A stretch of 64,000 nucleotides of DNA from Azolla caroliniana. Lineage: Eukaryota > Plantae > Polypodiophyta. The stretch lies in contig JBHGNT010000004.1 of the NCBI GenBank assembly GCA_043228905.1, positions 24,676,001 through 24,740,000 on the forward strand. The letters are read 5' to 3'. Below are positions 26,150 through 38,200 of the stretch, piece by piece. Numbering within the stretch: the first letter of the stretch is position 1; every line of letters begins with the position of its first letter. A program made the translations under genes and the position numbers. A model generated the notes under the pieces. The model did no database searches. It was given only the letters and a program-made list of their open reading frames with translations, and was not told the DNA's origin.

Positions 26150-26640
26150 GTGCATATAAAGAATTTCATCAGTCCATTGTTTATCAGTCCAAATAGAGCC
26201 ACAACCTTGAGTCCCCCCATTGCAAACCATGAGTAATAATACTATTGTTTCAAAAAAATTTGTGAACATCTTTGGAGACATGGAAGAAACTCAAGGTACT
26301 AAGTGGGTATATGTTTTTTTTTCCATAAAAATATCCTCCATTGGTATTGAAATTAAAGTGGCCAAAGGCAATATATAGAATAGTCCACTATTACAATGAA
26401 TATTGCATATCCCTCTATTTACAAGCTGACTACAAATTTCTTGGCCTTTTCAATGGCTTCTACGCCATTGCAAGCTTGAAATCCCCAAAAAATTGTTATC
26501 GCATTTGGAGACACTCCTTGAAGTTGCGAACAAACTTTGGCAAGAGCCACAAAAATATGTGTTGTACCATGTATTACTCAACATTCCTTCAATTTTTAAT
26601 GCAGTTTGATAGCATCATATAGCATTCCACATCTCACATA
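26150..26640 (-). pseudogene. Degraded PLS-class PPR gene fragment
   Basis: Minus strand reads QGVSPNAIT then, after a frameshift, QACNGVEAIEKAK, resembling the PLS-PPR GVSPNAVTF..ILKACG...A.EKG pattern; disrupted. Confidence 0.45.
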
Positions 26641-26893
26641 ACCCATACTAAGGGCATTGGATGACTGTTCATTTTGATTAGCCAGCTTCTCCTAAGCACG
26701 CCTCATCCCTGCGTCCAAGGTTCACAAAAACATGCATACAAAATCCACCAATTTAAAAATCCCTATAATGTGATCAAAACTTTGCCGATGAATTCCAATG
26801 GTTGGGGTAAATGTATTCTGATGACAACAACACGTAGGGCCTGTGTTGTTGTGTATTCTAATCTCACGACCCCTGAATGTGACATCTAGTTAA

Positions 26894-27347
26894 TGTAAAG
26901 AGTTAGATATGATGTGTTGTTTTAAGGTTGAGAGAGAGTGTATTTGTGGGCTTCCACACATAAAGCTCAATGTTCACATACTAATTCATGTATGGGTTAT
27001 TGATTGTATAAAAGGGGGGGTCTTCACCATAGTTAATTCTTAAGAAGATCAACATGGTTCATTGAATACAAAGTTCATATATTGTTTCATATTATCTTCA
27101 TATTATAATACATCTTATTCCCTCATCTTGTACAAGCACCATGATGTTGGATTTCGTTCCGAAGTAGCTCAACCAAACCATGGTGGTCCGTCAACAACTT
27201 CAATTAGAGAATAGTAATGTCTAGGTGTCCCTACACAAGATCCAAACCAATGCACCCATAACATCAAATTCTAACTCTCCAAACCCTTAGAGCCTAAGAA
27301 TTTGCCTCCCCAAAAAATTTGACAACATTTGGATCCACCTATGGGGA
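26894..27347 (+). mobile_element. Possible old gypsy (Tat-like) LTR plus degenerate PBS
   Basis: TG start, TATAAAAGGGGGG at ~27007, ends ...ACAACA (27327), followed by TTTGGATCCACCTATGGGG resembling a TGGCGCCCACCGTGGGG-type PBS. Confidence 0.3.
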
Positions 27348-28823
27348 TTCCTAAGTAAGATCCCATTGGTTATTTATCTAAAGGTGTGCGAATATTCAGA
27401 CAACTTCAGGTGAGTCAAGATTGGCACAAACATGGTTCACACCACAAATGAAAACTTGTCACCCCATTTGAGATATTTCTTAGTCATTTTCATTGACTTT
27501 GAAGCAACATTTGGAGATTTCAACAAACATAAATCTCGAGTGGACAATTTTTAAAACCTAAAACAAGGATCTAACATAGTGTTGACATATGCATCAAAGT
27601 TCTAGTATTTGGCACATGATGCCCGATAAGCTTTCCTCAATTAATTATGTTCTGGACTGGCTAGGTGGAGTGATTACCCAAGCTATAATGTGTGATAACC
27701 AACTATTTGAATTTCATGAAGAACATTACTTGGTGTGTCAACTACAACCAATGTTAACATCAATGTTGCCTCCAATGCCTGCAAATCCCACTCCAATTGC
27801 TAGATCTAATGATCACATAAAGATGGATAGGATCAGTTTTTAGCCTCTCATGTATACCCAATGATATCATTCCTTATGGGAGTGGAAGTGACCAAGGGGT
27901 GAACCTCGAAAGTCATTTTTATTGGGTGCGGAAAGAGACCATTATGCTAGAATATCGGGATGTTGTGTCACTTTAGTGGCTTGGGGGAGAACCAAATATT
28001 TGCGCAGGTATGGTTAAAGGTGCTTGATGAAGCTTACCCATGCAACCGCTCTCGTTACTGTCTACCATGACATCAGTGTTGGTGTTGAGGTTGCATTCAT
28101 TGGGTACTATTGATGGAGTTTCCAATGATCATGTGGGAAAAGTTCTTATTGTTGGCCTTGCGATCCCAAGTATTGTCTTTGTTGGCAAAACACATCATGA
28201 GTGACATATGGGTTGGTGACCACGGTTTGTCACCAAGTTTGTATTTGTAGGACATTGTCAATGATGCCCAAGTTCTCCCTCAAGACTTTATAGAATGATG
28301 TAATATAATTGTACATATGAGATCCCAATAGTGACAATCAAGAATAGTTCTATCTCGACATTTCTCAATTTCCTACAAACATTGTTATAGCATAAAAGTC
28401 ATAAATTCAAGAGACCGCAAGTTTGATTTTCTTCATGGACAAGGCCCCACCCCACAAATTGTGGTCAGTCTCTTGTGGGCGTTAAAGTGACAACCTACCT
28501 ATCTATTTTATGGTTTTCTTTCACACATGGGTGTCCTAAGACAAAGTGTCGGTTTGATCCTTGTAGTTTCTTTAACATACATATAAGATCGGTTGTGAAA
28601 ACTCATCGTGTGAAGGCTACCCATGCGCAATGTGGTGTCCTCCGACAAAACCTAGGTTTGCCTGTCTACCTTGAGAACAGATAGATAAGTTTCTCAGCTC
28701 TTGATGATGCTTCTACGCGGACAAGGAAAATCCCGGATCGATGAAGTGGGTGACAGGTGTGGTCCTGGATGGAGCGAAGTGTCCGCCACAGTGTGAAAGC
28801 GTCCACATTCATATTCCTCTGTT

Positions 28824-28854
<31 letters not shown>

Positions 28855-29184
28855 GATGTGTGTGGCACTGGACCAGCCTCTGTTTAACTGTTGCAGAAGA
28901 AGCTTGAGGAGAATTTTCGACATTCGCAGACGCCCCGCGTTTGCGCTCTTTCTGCACACTTTCTAGTGTGAGCCTTCTACCCCCTTCTTTTTTTCTCCTT
29001 TGAATTTCCATGCCTCTGAAATGTTTGGTTATGGTTAGGCTGCTCAAATGGTAGGAAAACGAAACCTATAACAAACTCAAGATGATGCAATTGTAGTATA
29101 GAAAACCATATGCCGGATTGAGCTCAGTTCTTTGGCTCTAACTTGTCTGCATATGTGTTTTCTTCTCTGTCTTGAGAGAGAGAA

Positions 29185-31089
29185 ATGTCGTATGCTGGCG
29201 TCCATGATGATGTGGTCGACTATGGAGAGGGTGATGAGATGATGCCACTTCCTCAAGAAGAAGAAGAGGTTTATGATGACCTCTACGATGACGTCAACAT
29301 AGGTTTCTTTCAGAAGGAAAGAAATGATGAATTTGAAGATGGGTTAGGCATGATGGATGGCCATGATATTGAAAATGAAGAGAAGATTGATGTGAAACCA
29401 TCCCTTATATCTAGTCCTACAATTGAACACATTGCTAGCCATGGGGAAGAGGAAAATGTCAAAATCTTCAAGGATGATCCCAAAGAAAGCAGAGACAGTA
29501 ATGCAGGGTTTTCAAGTCACAATGAAGAGAAAAACGAGGTTCCTCCACCTTCTGCTCCATTGAATGAGAAGGATACAGAGCTGAGCCCTGATAAAAAGCC
29601 TTATTCTCCGAGAATTATGTCGACTGCTCAAAGTGATAGATCTTTGGTTGATGAATACCCTAAAGCTTCATCTGGGCCCATGATAGCCACAAGTTTTGAT
29701 TGTAAAGAAAGAATAGATTCATCATCACTCAATGTGGTCAATAGATTTGTCAACTTACCAACGGTAGAGGCTGAAAGTGCCCCTCGGATGATGACGACCA
29801 TGCTTCAACAAGCCTATCCTAGTGAAGGTGGGAACACTATGGTTTTCATTGGAGAGTTGTATTGGTGGACAACTGATGCAGAACTAGAGGCTGTTTTATC
29901 TGAATATGGGAGAGTGAAAAACCTCAAGTTTTTTGAAGAACGAGTCAGTGGAAAATCTAAAGGGTATGCTCAAGTTGAATTCTTTGATTCTATGGCTGCT
30001 CATGCTTGTAAACAGGGGATGAATGGTAGGAAATTTCATGACCGCCCTTGTGTTGTCGCTCTGGGAAATCCAAAGAGCATACAACAGATGGGTTATCAAC
30101 AAGAAAAGAAAACGCAAGCACAAGTCCAGTCGCAGCAGGAGCATATGACAACCAGAAGGAACAATAACAGCAGTACTACTAATAACAATCACAACAACTC
30201 TAACAATAACAATAGTTCAGGTACTGGGAGAGGATCCATTTACCAAGAAAGAGACAATGGCCGTGGCTATGGTCGTGTAGGAGGGGGTAGAATTGGTAAT
30301 GTTGGCAACAAAGGTGGACAAAGTGGTGGAGGCGTAAGGGGCCGAGGAAACTACATGGGTAAGGGAATCGGCAGTGGCAGTGGGGGGATGCCATATGGTC
30401 AGGGACACTCTGGACCAATGGGAGGCCATCAATCTGTGATGATGATGCATCAAGGAATGATGGGACAAGGTTATGATCCAACATATGGACCAATGGGAAG
30501 AGGCGGGGCTACATATGGTGGCTATGTGATGCCTAGTCATCCTTATCCAGGGATGATAGGGCCCTTTGGAGCAGGAACTATTCCAGGAGTGGCTCCTCAT
30601 GTGAATCCAGCATTTTTCGGTAGGCCTAATGGTATAGGGATGATGCCAATGGATGCTACACACCAAGGATGGATTGGAGAGGGTGCATGGGTTGCTTCTG
30701 GAGAGGACCAATATGAGAGGCGAGGCATTAGAGATGGAAGCTATGCGACAGAAGATAGTAGTGGCGGGGGTGTCGATCATGGCTATGGAAAAAATGGTGT
30801 CCATGAGAAGAGCAGAGTAAATGGGGATTGGCCAGAGAGGCATCGAAGAGATGATCGGGATGGAGAATGGCAGCAAAGAGATCGTTATCGAGAGAAGGAG
30901 AAAGATGGTTACAGGGAGAGGGAAAAAGATCTCGGAAAAGAAGAAGACTGGGAGCGAGAGAGACCAACTCGAATGAGGAGTAAGAGTCAGTTTGTGGAAG
31001 AAGAGGAAGAGGATCCCCGGGTAAGGTTAATGGACGAGGACTTTGGAAAAAGGCGGCGTGTGATGGATAGAGATCTATCCAATCTGTAA
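29185..31089 (+). CDS. Cleavage factor Im 68-kDa subunit-like (CPSF6/CFIm68-type) RRM protein, intronless CDS
   Basis: 634-aa ORF: acidic N-terminus with YDDLYDDVNIG, RRM VFIGELYWWTTDAELEAVLSEYGRVKNLKFFEERVSGKSKGYAQVEFFD, Gly/Pro/Met-rich middle with GVAPHVNPAFF, R/D/E-rich C-terminus. Confidence 0.9.
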   Translation: MSYAGVHDDVVDYGEGDEMMPLPQEEEEVYDDLYDDVNIGFFQKERNDEFEDGLGMMDGHDIENEEKIDVKPSLISSPTIEHIASHGEEENVKIFKDDPKESRDSNAGFSSHNEEKNEVPPPSAPLNEKDTELSPDKKPYSPRIMSTAQSDRSLVDEYPKASSGPMIATSFDCKERIDSSSLNVVNRFVNLPTVEAESAPRMMTTMLQQAYPSEGGNTMVFIGELYWWTTDAELEAVLSEYGRVKNLKFFEERVSGKSKGYAQVEFFDSMAAHACKQGMNGRKFHDRPCVVALGNPKSIQQMGYQQEKKTQAQVQSQQEHMTTRRNNNSSTTNNNHNNSNNNNSSGTGRGSIYQERDNGRGYGRVGGGRIGNVGNKGGQSGGGVRGRGNYMGKGIGSGSGGMPYGQGHSGPMGGHQSVMMMHQGMMGQGYDPTYGPMGRGGATYGGYVMPSHPYPGMIGPFGAGTIPGVAPHVNPAFFGRPNGIGMMPMDATHQGWIGEGAWVASGEDQYERRGIRDGSYATEDSSGGGVDHGYGKNGVHEKSRVNGDWPERHRRDDRDGEWQQRDRYREKEKDGYREREKDLGKEEDWERERPTRMRSKSQFVEEEEEDPRVRLMDEDFGKRRRVMDRDLSNL

Positions 31090-33249
31090 GAAGTGAGAGG
31101 AGTATGGGAAAATGTCGCCAGGTGTGTGAACAAGATGTTTTTGCTGTTATTTTATGAGAATCAATGAACTTCTCGTCATTGCCATAGGCATCAACCATAT
31201 ACCATCCAGGTATGCATGTTTTCTTCCTCTCTTCTAAATCTATAGGTGTATTCATCACCAATAGAATATGCATTTCCTCTTCCTTTTTTCAAAAATGTAT
31301 AGGTGTATCAGCCGCTGATGAAAAATGCTGATATCGATGAATCATATATGTGGGTTTACCTATAAAGACTTTTAGTTATGAGTTATTGATTGGACAGAAA
31401 CCTAATTATGTTTTTAATTTTCCATCAAATTCAAAGGCTTAAACAGGAGCTTTACAGAAAGGATTGGGAGCTTCTATATCATAAGCAAAACATTATGGAT
31501 TGTTAAGTTTCAGGATACCAATATGGACATGTATGCCAAACATGCTTAACTCCCTCGGTATTGCAATATTATTTTTTACTAGCCAGTTTTTCAGAGAACA
31601 GGAGTTTGACACACATGGATATATTGTATGGTGATCATTTTTTTCTTAAACCCATGTAAAAACAATTGTCTTCTCACATGAGTGGTCCCGATGATGATGA
31701 TATGGTTATACACTCTCCAATTGTAAAAATATAAGCTTTATCAACGTTGTGATACCTGTTTTTGTAAAATTCTTTTTATGCCATGCAATAAAGTGGGAAA
31801 GTTTCATGTATCATAATGGCACCTTGTGTAAAGCTTAATTTCAGTATATTTAGAAGTATTCGGATTTTATTATTGATGCGGAACTTTCCAAGCAAACATA
31901 AATAAAGTGCATGTATATCCTTGGCTAGTCCAATTATAAAGTGTTAAAAAGGTTTGATTTGTTTATAAAAATGGCATTCCCGATTTCAAGCCATCTCAAT
32001 GAAGATTTATTATTGTAACTTATTGTGAGTGGTTCTTGATTAGATGGATGTTTGATATTGAGTCCATATCTTTATGATCCATCTTTCACCCAATTCCAAC
32101 ATTGTAGCCTAATGTGCTTGACAATTGGGTTGTCTTAACTCACTCGCGTGGGTGTTAAGGGATGGATGGATTGGAAGTGAGTTTGGACATAGTTGGAGAC
32201 CTTGCACAATCTATCCAAAGGCATTTCTTTGAAATTTCATGATGAGATAGAAAGTTGTGCATCCATTGAAGAGTGTAGCACGTACCAAAACATTGGGAAA
32301 TATGATTGCTTTGCTTACTCTCAATAGATTAATCGATTCCATTAGTAGCAATGGGGGTTATAGTTTTATCGGATGGAACATAGTGCTCGTAGTGGTAAAA
32401 TTTTAGGTTCCGGCCTTGCTATTATTGTTCAATAATCCATGCTAAGAATGGGGAATTAATGTGGACAAATATTCATGTCATCAATTAAATCATATTGTTG
32501 ATTTGTTGGTGACATTTAAATGGTTCATTTCTCTTGGTTGTTCAACTCATTATGTGGTTCCTTAAGGGTGTTCTAGGCAAGAAAAAGTGCCATTTCCAGC
32601 CCTAAAGAATATTGCTTTAAAGTAAAATGAATAAAACATCTTTGCCCATTGATTAAAATTTTTTCATTATAGTTCAAATAGATGGCGTGCCTTTAAATGA
32701 CTTCACTATTGGAATTCTTATGAAAATATAACATTCAGTTGTTTTTATCATACAAAGTATTGTTGTAATGTTTCTTTCATAAATGTTTTTCGAAAACGTT
32801 GATGGTAGTCTATATTTACAACTAGCACTTAATAATCACCACATGCAAATTGGTGAAATGCATATGATATTGGTAGTGAAGAAGGCCAACTATAAGTTAT
32901 TTTTGCATTTTCCCTAGGTCATTCTTGAATATGTATGCAAAAGTTCCGTGTTGTTGGGAGGTGGTCTACCTTGACAACATTTTGTTCTCGTAGTCATCAT
33001 TGATGAACCTAAAGGAGGATACTACATTTGCCATATTTGTGGGTATGAGGGATGTTACTTATGATTGACTTTGTCTTCCACCCCTTTGGGATTGGTAATA
33101 AATGTCGTGGTCATTGTCTTGGTGATAAAAAGAGAATGGGATCTTATATTCTAATGCATTTGATATGGTAACACAATCTCCATCTTACAAACATGAGTTC
33201 CATACCTTGTATTTAATAGTCATAAGTTGAAGTGACACCTCTTTAATGT

Positions 33250-34940
33250 GGTTTGTGACATATTATTGTACGTGGATTCATGTAAATATTTAGATAACTA
33301 GATGGGTACTCCTCATGTAGTAGAAAATATGTGCATGTTATGTGTTTTGTGTGTAAGGAGAGAGACAATATACTAGAGGCAATAACTGATATTAACAAAT
33401 AAATGCAAGCATATAATGATAACAATGCTCGTAATCAAAGGCTAATCAAGAACTTTCCGTAAGGAGGGGGGTTGGTTTTTATAAAACTTCTTTTACAAGC
33501 ACACATAGAAGATAGGATCACTTTTGTAATGATGGGAGAATGAATGGAATATATATGAAGTATCCACTTCATTCAATGTACAACATCTCTCATTCATATG
33601 GTGGACTTTAACACACATATGTACCCTACGAAGCATGTTCACACACAAGGTGTGTGGTTGAGCTTGGTATCTAAATACACCCCTCAAGCTCAATCATGTC
33701 ATACAATCAAGCTAGTGATGAGGGCGGTGTTCATTTGCTCCCCCTCAAGGTTCACAAATCATGGGGTTCACCTGATTGTTAAAACTAATCCAAGCTTTTC
33801 CACTCCAAGAACTTTGGTAAATACATTTATTGTTTGTTGATCAAACTTGACGACATTGATGTCAATCCAATCTCAAATGTAGTGGTAATGCACCTCGATG
33901 TGATTCATGTGTGTATGGAACATAGGTTATGTGCTAGTTGTATGTTGCTAATGTTATCATAATAGATCTAGAACAAATCCTTAAATTAGATGTTGAAGTT
34001 TTTTATGATTCTCTTGAGTCAAATGGCTTGACACACAACAATCATTTTGCCTCTTTACTTTTCCTTGTGCTTGTCGTGGCTACAATGGATTGGTTCTTGT
34101 TGCTCCACAAGATGACATTGCTTTCAAAGAGGAGTGCAAAGCTTGATATTAATCGCCAATCCATTGAACTACTAGCCCAATGAACATCTATGTAGACTTC
34201 TATTTGAACTGAAACACTTGCTTTGCAATAGATGTTGTAGATTATGATGTTGTTCGCATACCATGTTACTTGATTATAATATTTCACTTGTACATTGCAC
34301 AACACTTGCATGAATCGGCAAGAAGAAGAACAACCATGTAGCTAAAGTTGGGGTAGGTGATTGTTAAGTAGATAAAGGTGGAGATTATTTGCCGATACCA
34401 CGTGAAACCTCGAGAATAGAGTTAGAGTTAACTTTTCATCAAGCATGTCATTCATGAAAAGATTAAATAAGTTCAAGACATCGTCGCATTGGTAGAGCAA
34501 AAATCCATGAGATGTGCAAATGACGTTGATGCAAAGGTAGTGAAGCTTATCCATATCCTTTTGCCCAAACTTGGTAGTCGGGATGAATGTAATACCTTGA
34601 GGGTCGGTTTGCATTGAGAGGGCATCTAATGCGAGTATTGCTAGCTTCAAAAGTGCCATATACTTTGTTTATTCGAAGCTACTGAACGGTCTCTTAAGCC
34701 ACCATGTAGCCCGAATCAGTTTGCATTGAGAGGGCATCTAATGCGAGGATTGCTAGCTTCGAGTGCCATATACTTTGTTTATTCGAAGCTATTGAGCGGT
34801 CTCTGAAGCCACCACCATATATCCCGTGAATGGGAATCAGACTTGAATCCATGTGGTTCTTCTGGTGGTGTACCATTTACATACTTTCTTCATGTCCATT
34901 TGATTGAGGTGTCCACTGCCCATCTCTTGGCCACAAATAT
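33250..34940 (-). mobile_element. Heavily decayed Ty1/copia remnant (RT-RNase H, PPT, probable LTR)
   Basis: Minus-strand motifs ILWSNKNQSIVATTST and HIEVHYHY (~33880-33905); PPT-like TTGAGGGG(G) near 33680 and 33745; internal ~112-bp duplication at 34605-34810. Confidence 0.65.
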
Positions 34941-35046
34941 AGTGTGTGAGAAGTGGAGAATTCGATCCATCGAGCGTCCACCTAGTTGTTTATTTTAGTT
35001 ATGATGACCGGATAAATACTCATTTTGTTGTAAACCAATTGTCTCA

Positions 35047-35220
35047 TGGGCCAATTTTGGCCTTAGAAGACGTTAATATATATTTCTTTCTTTCTTTAGT
35101 TTTTTTTTTTGCTGTTTTAGGGTTTAGGGTTTATTCCATCCATGGCGCTCTGCATCAGATCCTGATCAGATACGCGAATTTCTGCCGGGTTCTTGTTATT
35201 TTGTTCAACGTTTAGGGTTT
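35047..35220 (+). promoter_or_regulatory. Site II element and telo-box-like motifs upstream of the OXA2-like gene
   Basis: TGGGCC at ~35047; TTTAGGGTTTAGGGTTT at 35116-35132 and TTTAGGGTTTAG near 35211 (AAACCCTA on minus), a combination typical of plant mitochondrial/housekeeping promoters. Confidence 0.5.
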
Positions 35221-35226
35221 AGATCC

Positions 35227-38200
35227 ATGGCTCTTTGCAGCAGGATTCGACATCCTGCTCGTCTCTTCCGGATACCTTCCTCTGTCTGCCCTTCCTCGAA
35301 ATGGCGTTACTTTTCTTCCTCTACAGCACCATCGTCGTCTTCGTCATCTTCTTCTTCTGATGAAACAGTTGTCCATGGATACTTCTCTGCTTCTGCTGAT
35401 CCAATCTTCCAAAGAACAGAATCAGGGGGGGAAGTCGTCTCTCGACAGATCTCTGACGGAATTTACTCCCCTGTTGACGCCACATCTGCTTGTCTCGATT
35501 ACTTTCACAACCTCACAGGTCTTCCTTGGTAATTCAGGTTCAGCCTTTCATCATCTTTTTATGCTTACAAATTTCATATCAGAGAAAATATCGCACCGTA
35601 CGTTATATATATCCTAGGAAGGGGTCAACATTACAACAGACAGAGCAAAAACATATGTTTCCATTTCGTGAATTGTAAAAACTTTTACGAATTTCATATC
35701 CGAGAAAATATTGCACCTTACATAATATATATATTGCAGTAAGGGGTCAACATTGCAACAGGCAGAGTAAAAGCATATGTTTCAATTTTGTGAAGTGTAA
35801 AAACTTTTGATCTTCTCAGGATGGAAATCTATGTTCATTATAGAAAACTTAGAAATCTCAGGAAATCAGAAACGGAAAATATAATGGTTGCTCATGCAAT
35901 TTCTTATTGTGAAAAAACTCTTTTTGTATGCCATAAGGTGTCGATTAGAAAGACAGGAGTAACAAGCTGATTAGTGCACCCATAAACTGCCAGAAAACCG
36001 TTCATAAGGAACATAAATTTTTATTAAAAGAAAACCGAGACTTTTACATAGAGGGGTGCACACAACACAAGCTATTTAAATACCAAATAAGTACAAGCGA
36101 GGAAAGAAGAGCCTGAGAAGTGGAAGAGGAAAAACTGCGTTTCAATGGAGGCTTAGGCTGCTTAGCCTTCCAAAAATGGAAAGAGGCAAAAAAGGTGGAA
36201 AATTGAGTAGTGACCAGCCAAATGATCATCTCCTAAAAAGGAAGTCACTTCTCTGTGGGGAAATTGCTACCTCAACAGAGAACTCCAAAACCTGAAATAC
36301 TGAGAATGGAAGCTTCTCAACTCAGATGTTTCACCAAAGCTCCTTAGAATTAAAGTTGATACTCCAGATCCAATATTGTTTCTTTGGGAAGCAGCTTTTA
36401 ATTGTTCGGTGTTTAAGAATCTAGTAAACATGTATGCAAGGTTAACTTCTGGAGGTCAACAGTCTAGCCTAATTATTCCTGCATAAATCTTCTCTCTAGT
36501 GAAGTGATCAGAGACATTAATATGATCGTCCTTCGTGTGGTGTGATTTGTTGGAGAACTGATGCAAAGTGTTAGCTGTCAATATTCTGTTCTTTTGTGAG
36601 TTAAAAATGATTTGAAACCAATAATTGACCTGTTCTTAGTGAGAATATTCAGAATCAAGTGAACCATCACCATTGCTTAAGAGGGCTTGAAGCTGTCTGC
36701 AATACTCTATTTTGTAGATTCCTTAAAAAACTTGTAATGAATGTGAGTCAGAGATGCTATTTTGATTATATTTCATAGCACAATTTAATAATTATTTGAT
36801 CTAATTTACTTGTTACTTGATTTTGGGAACCCTTGAAATTGGTCATATATTCCATGGACAGTGTGAAACCGTTGATGGTCAATGCTTTGTAGCCTGGAGC
36901 AGCCACTGCCGGTAGTTCCAGGGTCAGCAAGTGGCCAGTCCAGTTAGGACTGTATTCTTTTGTGCGTGTCTCAAATTGCAAAGTTGTGCCTTACAAAGTT
37001 ACGCTATGATAGGCTCTACATAATAAGTAGAAACGTGCCAGCATTTGGCAGATTTGCTTATTCAGACGAACTTCTTTTTTGATGGCACCTGTAAATTCAG
37101 TTTTAGGGAGAAGGAAGAGTCATCTTAGAAATATTTACTCTCTTGGCTCATATGCTTACGAGAGAATACTTTGGAAGTTCTATATATGGGTTTAGTGCTG
37201 AAATAGGTTCAAAATGCGGGCTATGTTTCAAGGATTTGGGTTTATTTTATTCTATTATCTTCTATTAATCATCAAGAAAAGTAGTACCCAAAAGGGCACC
37301 AATCTTTGAGGCCAGCAGGCTATCAAAGTCTTTTGTTGGGAGCAATCTAGCTTCTTGGATGTGAATTATAACTTATAAGCCATAGTGAATACAAATTTTT
37401 TATACATCTCTCTTCATCTATATAAAACTTCTCCCATGGTGAAAATAAGTAACATTGTTTGTACACAATCTTGTGCCCACATATGTTAATAATGAAGCCC
37501 CCATCTTCGGCTTTGTGTCTTTGAGTGCTATGTTACTGTTGTGATTTTTTCAGTCAAATATTTTCTGTAGTTGTGTAGAATCTTTTGTTCTTGAGGGATT
37601 CGTCAAACTGTAGGCTAACCAAACTTCAATATTATGTCTACCATCAAACCAAGTGTCATTGAAAAGCCATTGTAAAGGTTGACTTCTTCTAGAATTTTGG
37701 TGAGGAAGATATCCTTCTGTTTATCTCTATTCTCACAGCCAAATTTACTTTTCCTTTGCCATTTGTTGCTGGTCTTTCTTCTTCCTCAAAGAATTAAGAG
37801 AAATTTAAGTCTTCTTGGTGCAACAGTGGCAAAATAGGTGAGATAATTTTGAGAGTTTTTGGCATAAACTCCTTTTGATTTGTAAACTTGAATGTCCCAC
37901 TTGTGCCTTGAGAAGAATACTTCTGCTCATCTTTGATTTTGGATGCAAAATCACCCTCAGTGCTCCTTTCTTTGGGGATTTTCCTTCTCTCATTTTAAGA
38001 ATTACAGTCACAGGACAATGAAAAGTAGGAATGGAGTCCTTTAGAGTAATTTATCTGCAAAGGAATCCCAGACAACTCCCTTTCTGAAAGGACATTTTTG
38101 GATGGCTGCCAACTTATCCCGTTTAAGGATACAAACTTATAGATTCACTTTCATGGTTTGTGCATTTTTAAATTCTCAATTGGCATTTGGAAGTTATTCA

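Noticed and set aside
28666-29047. Minus-strand ORFs with poly-E/poly-K
   Set aside because: Derived from a (CTT)n tract in the probable 5' leader/intron of the CFIm68-like gene; no domain features.
29896-31273. Long antisense ORFs over the CFIm68-like CDS
   Set aside because: Shadow frames of a low-complexity coding sequence.
31090-32110. TGTA (CFIm site) enrichment downstream of the CFIm68-like gene as an autoregulatory array
   Set aside because: About 14 copies per kb by eye, only ~2x base expectation and normal for plant 3' UTRs; far weaker than the U2AF35 array.
35116-35132. TTTAGGG repeats as interstitial telomere (also ~63872-63885)
   Set aside because: Only 2-3 units; better explained as telo-box promoter motifs or chance.
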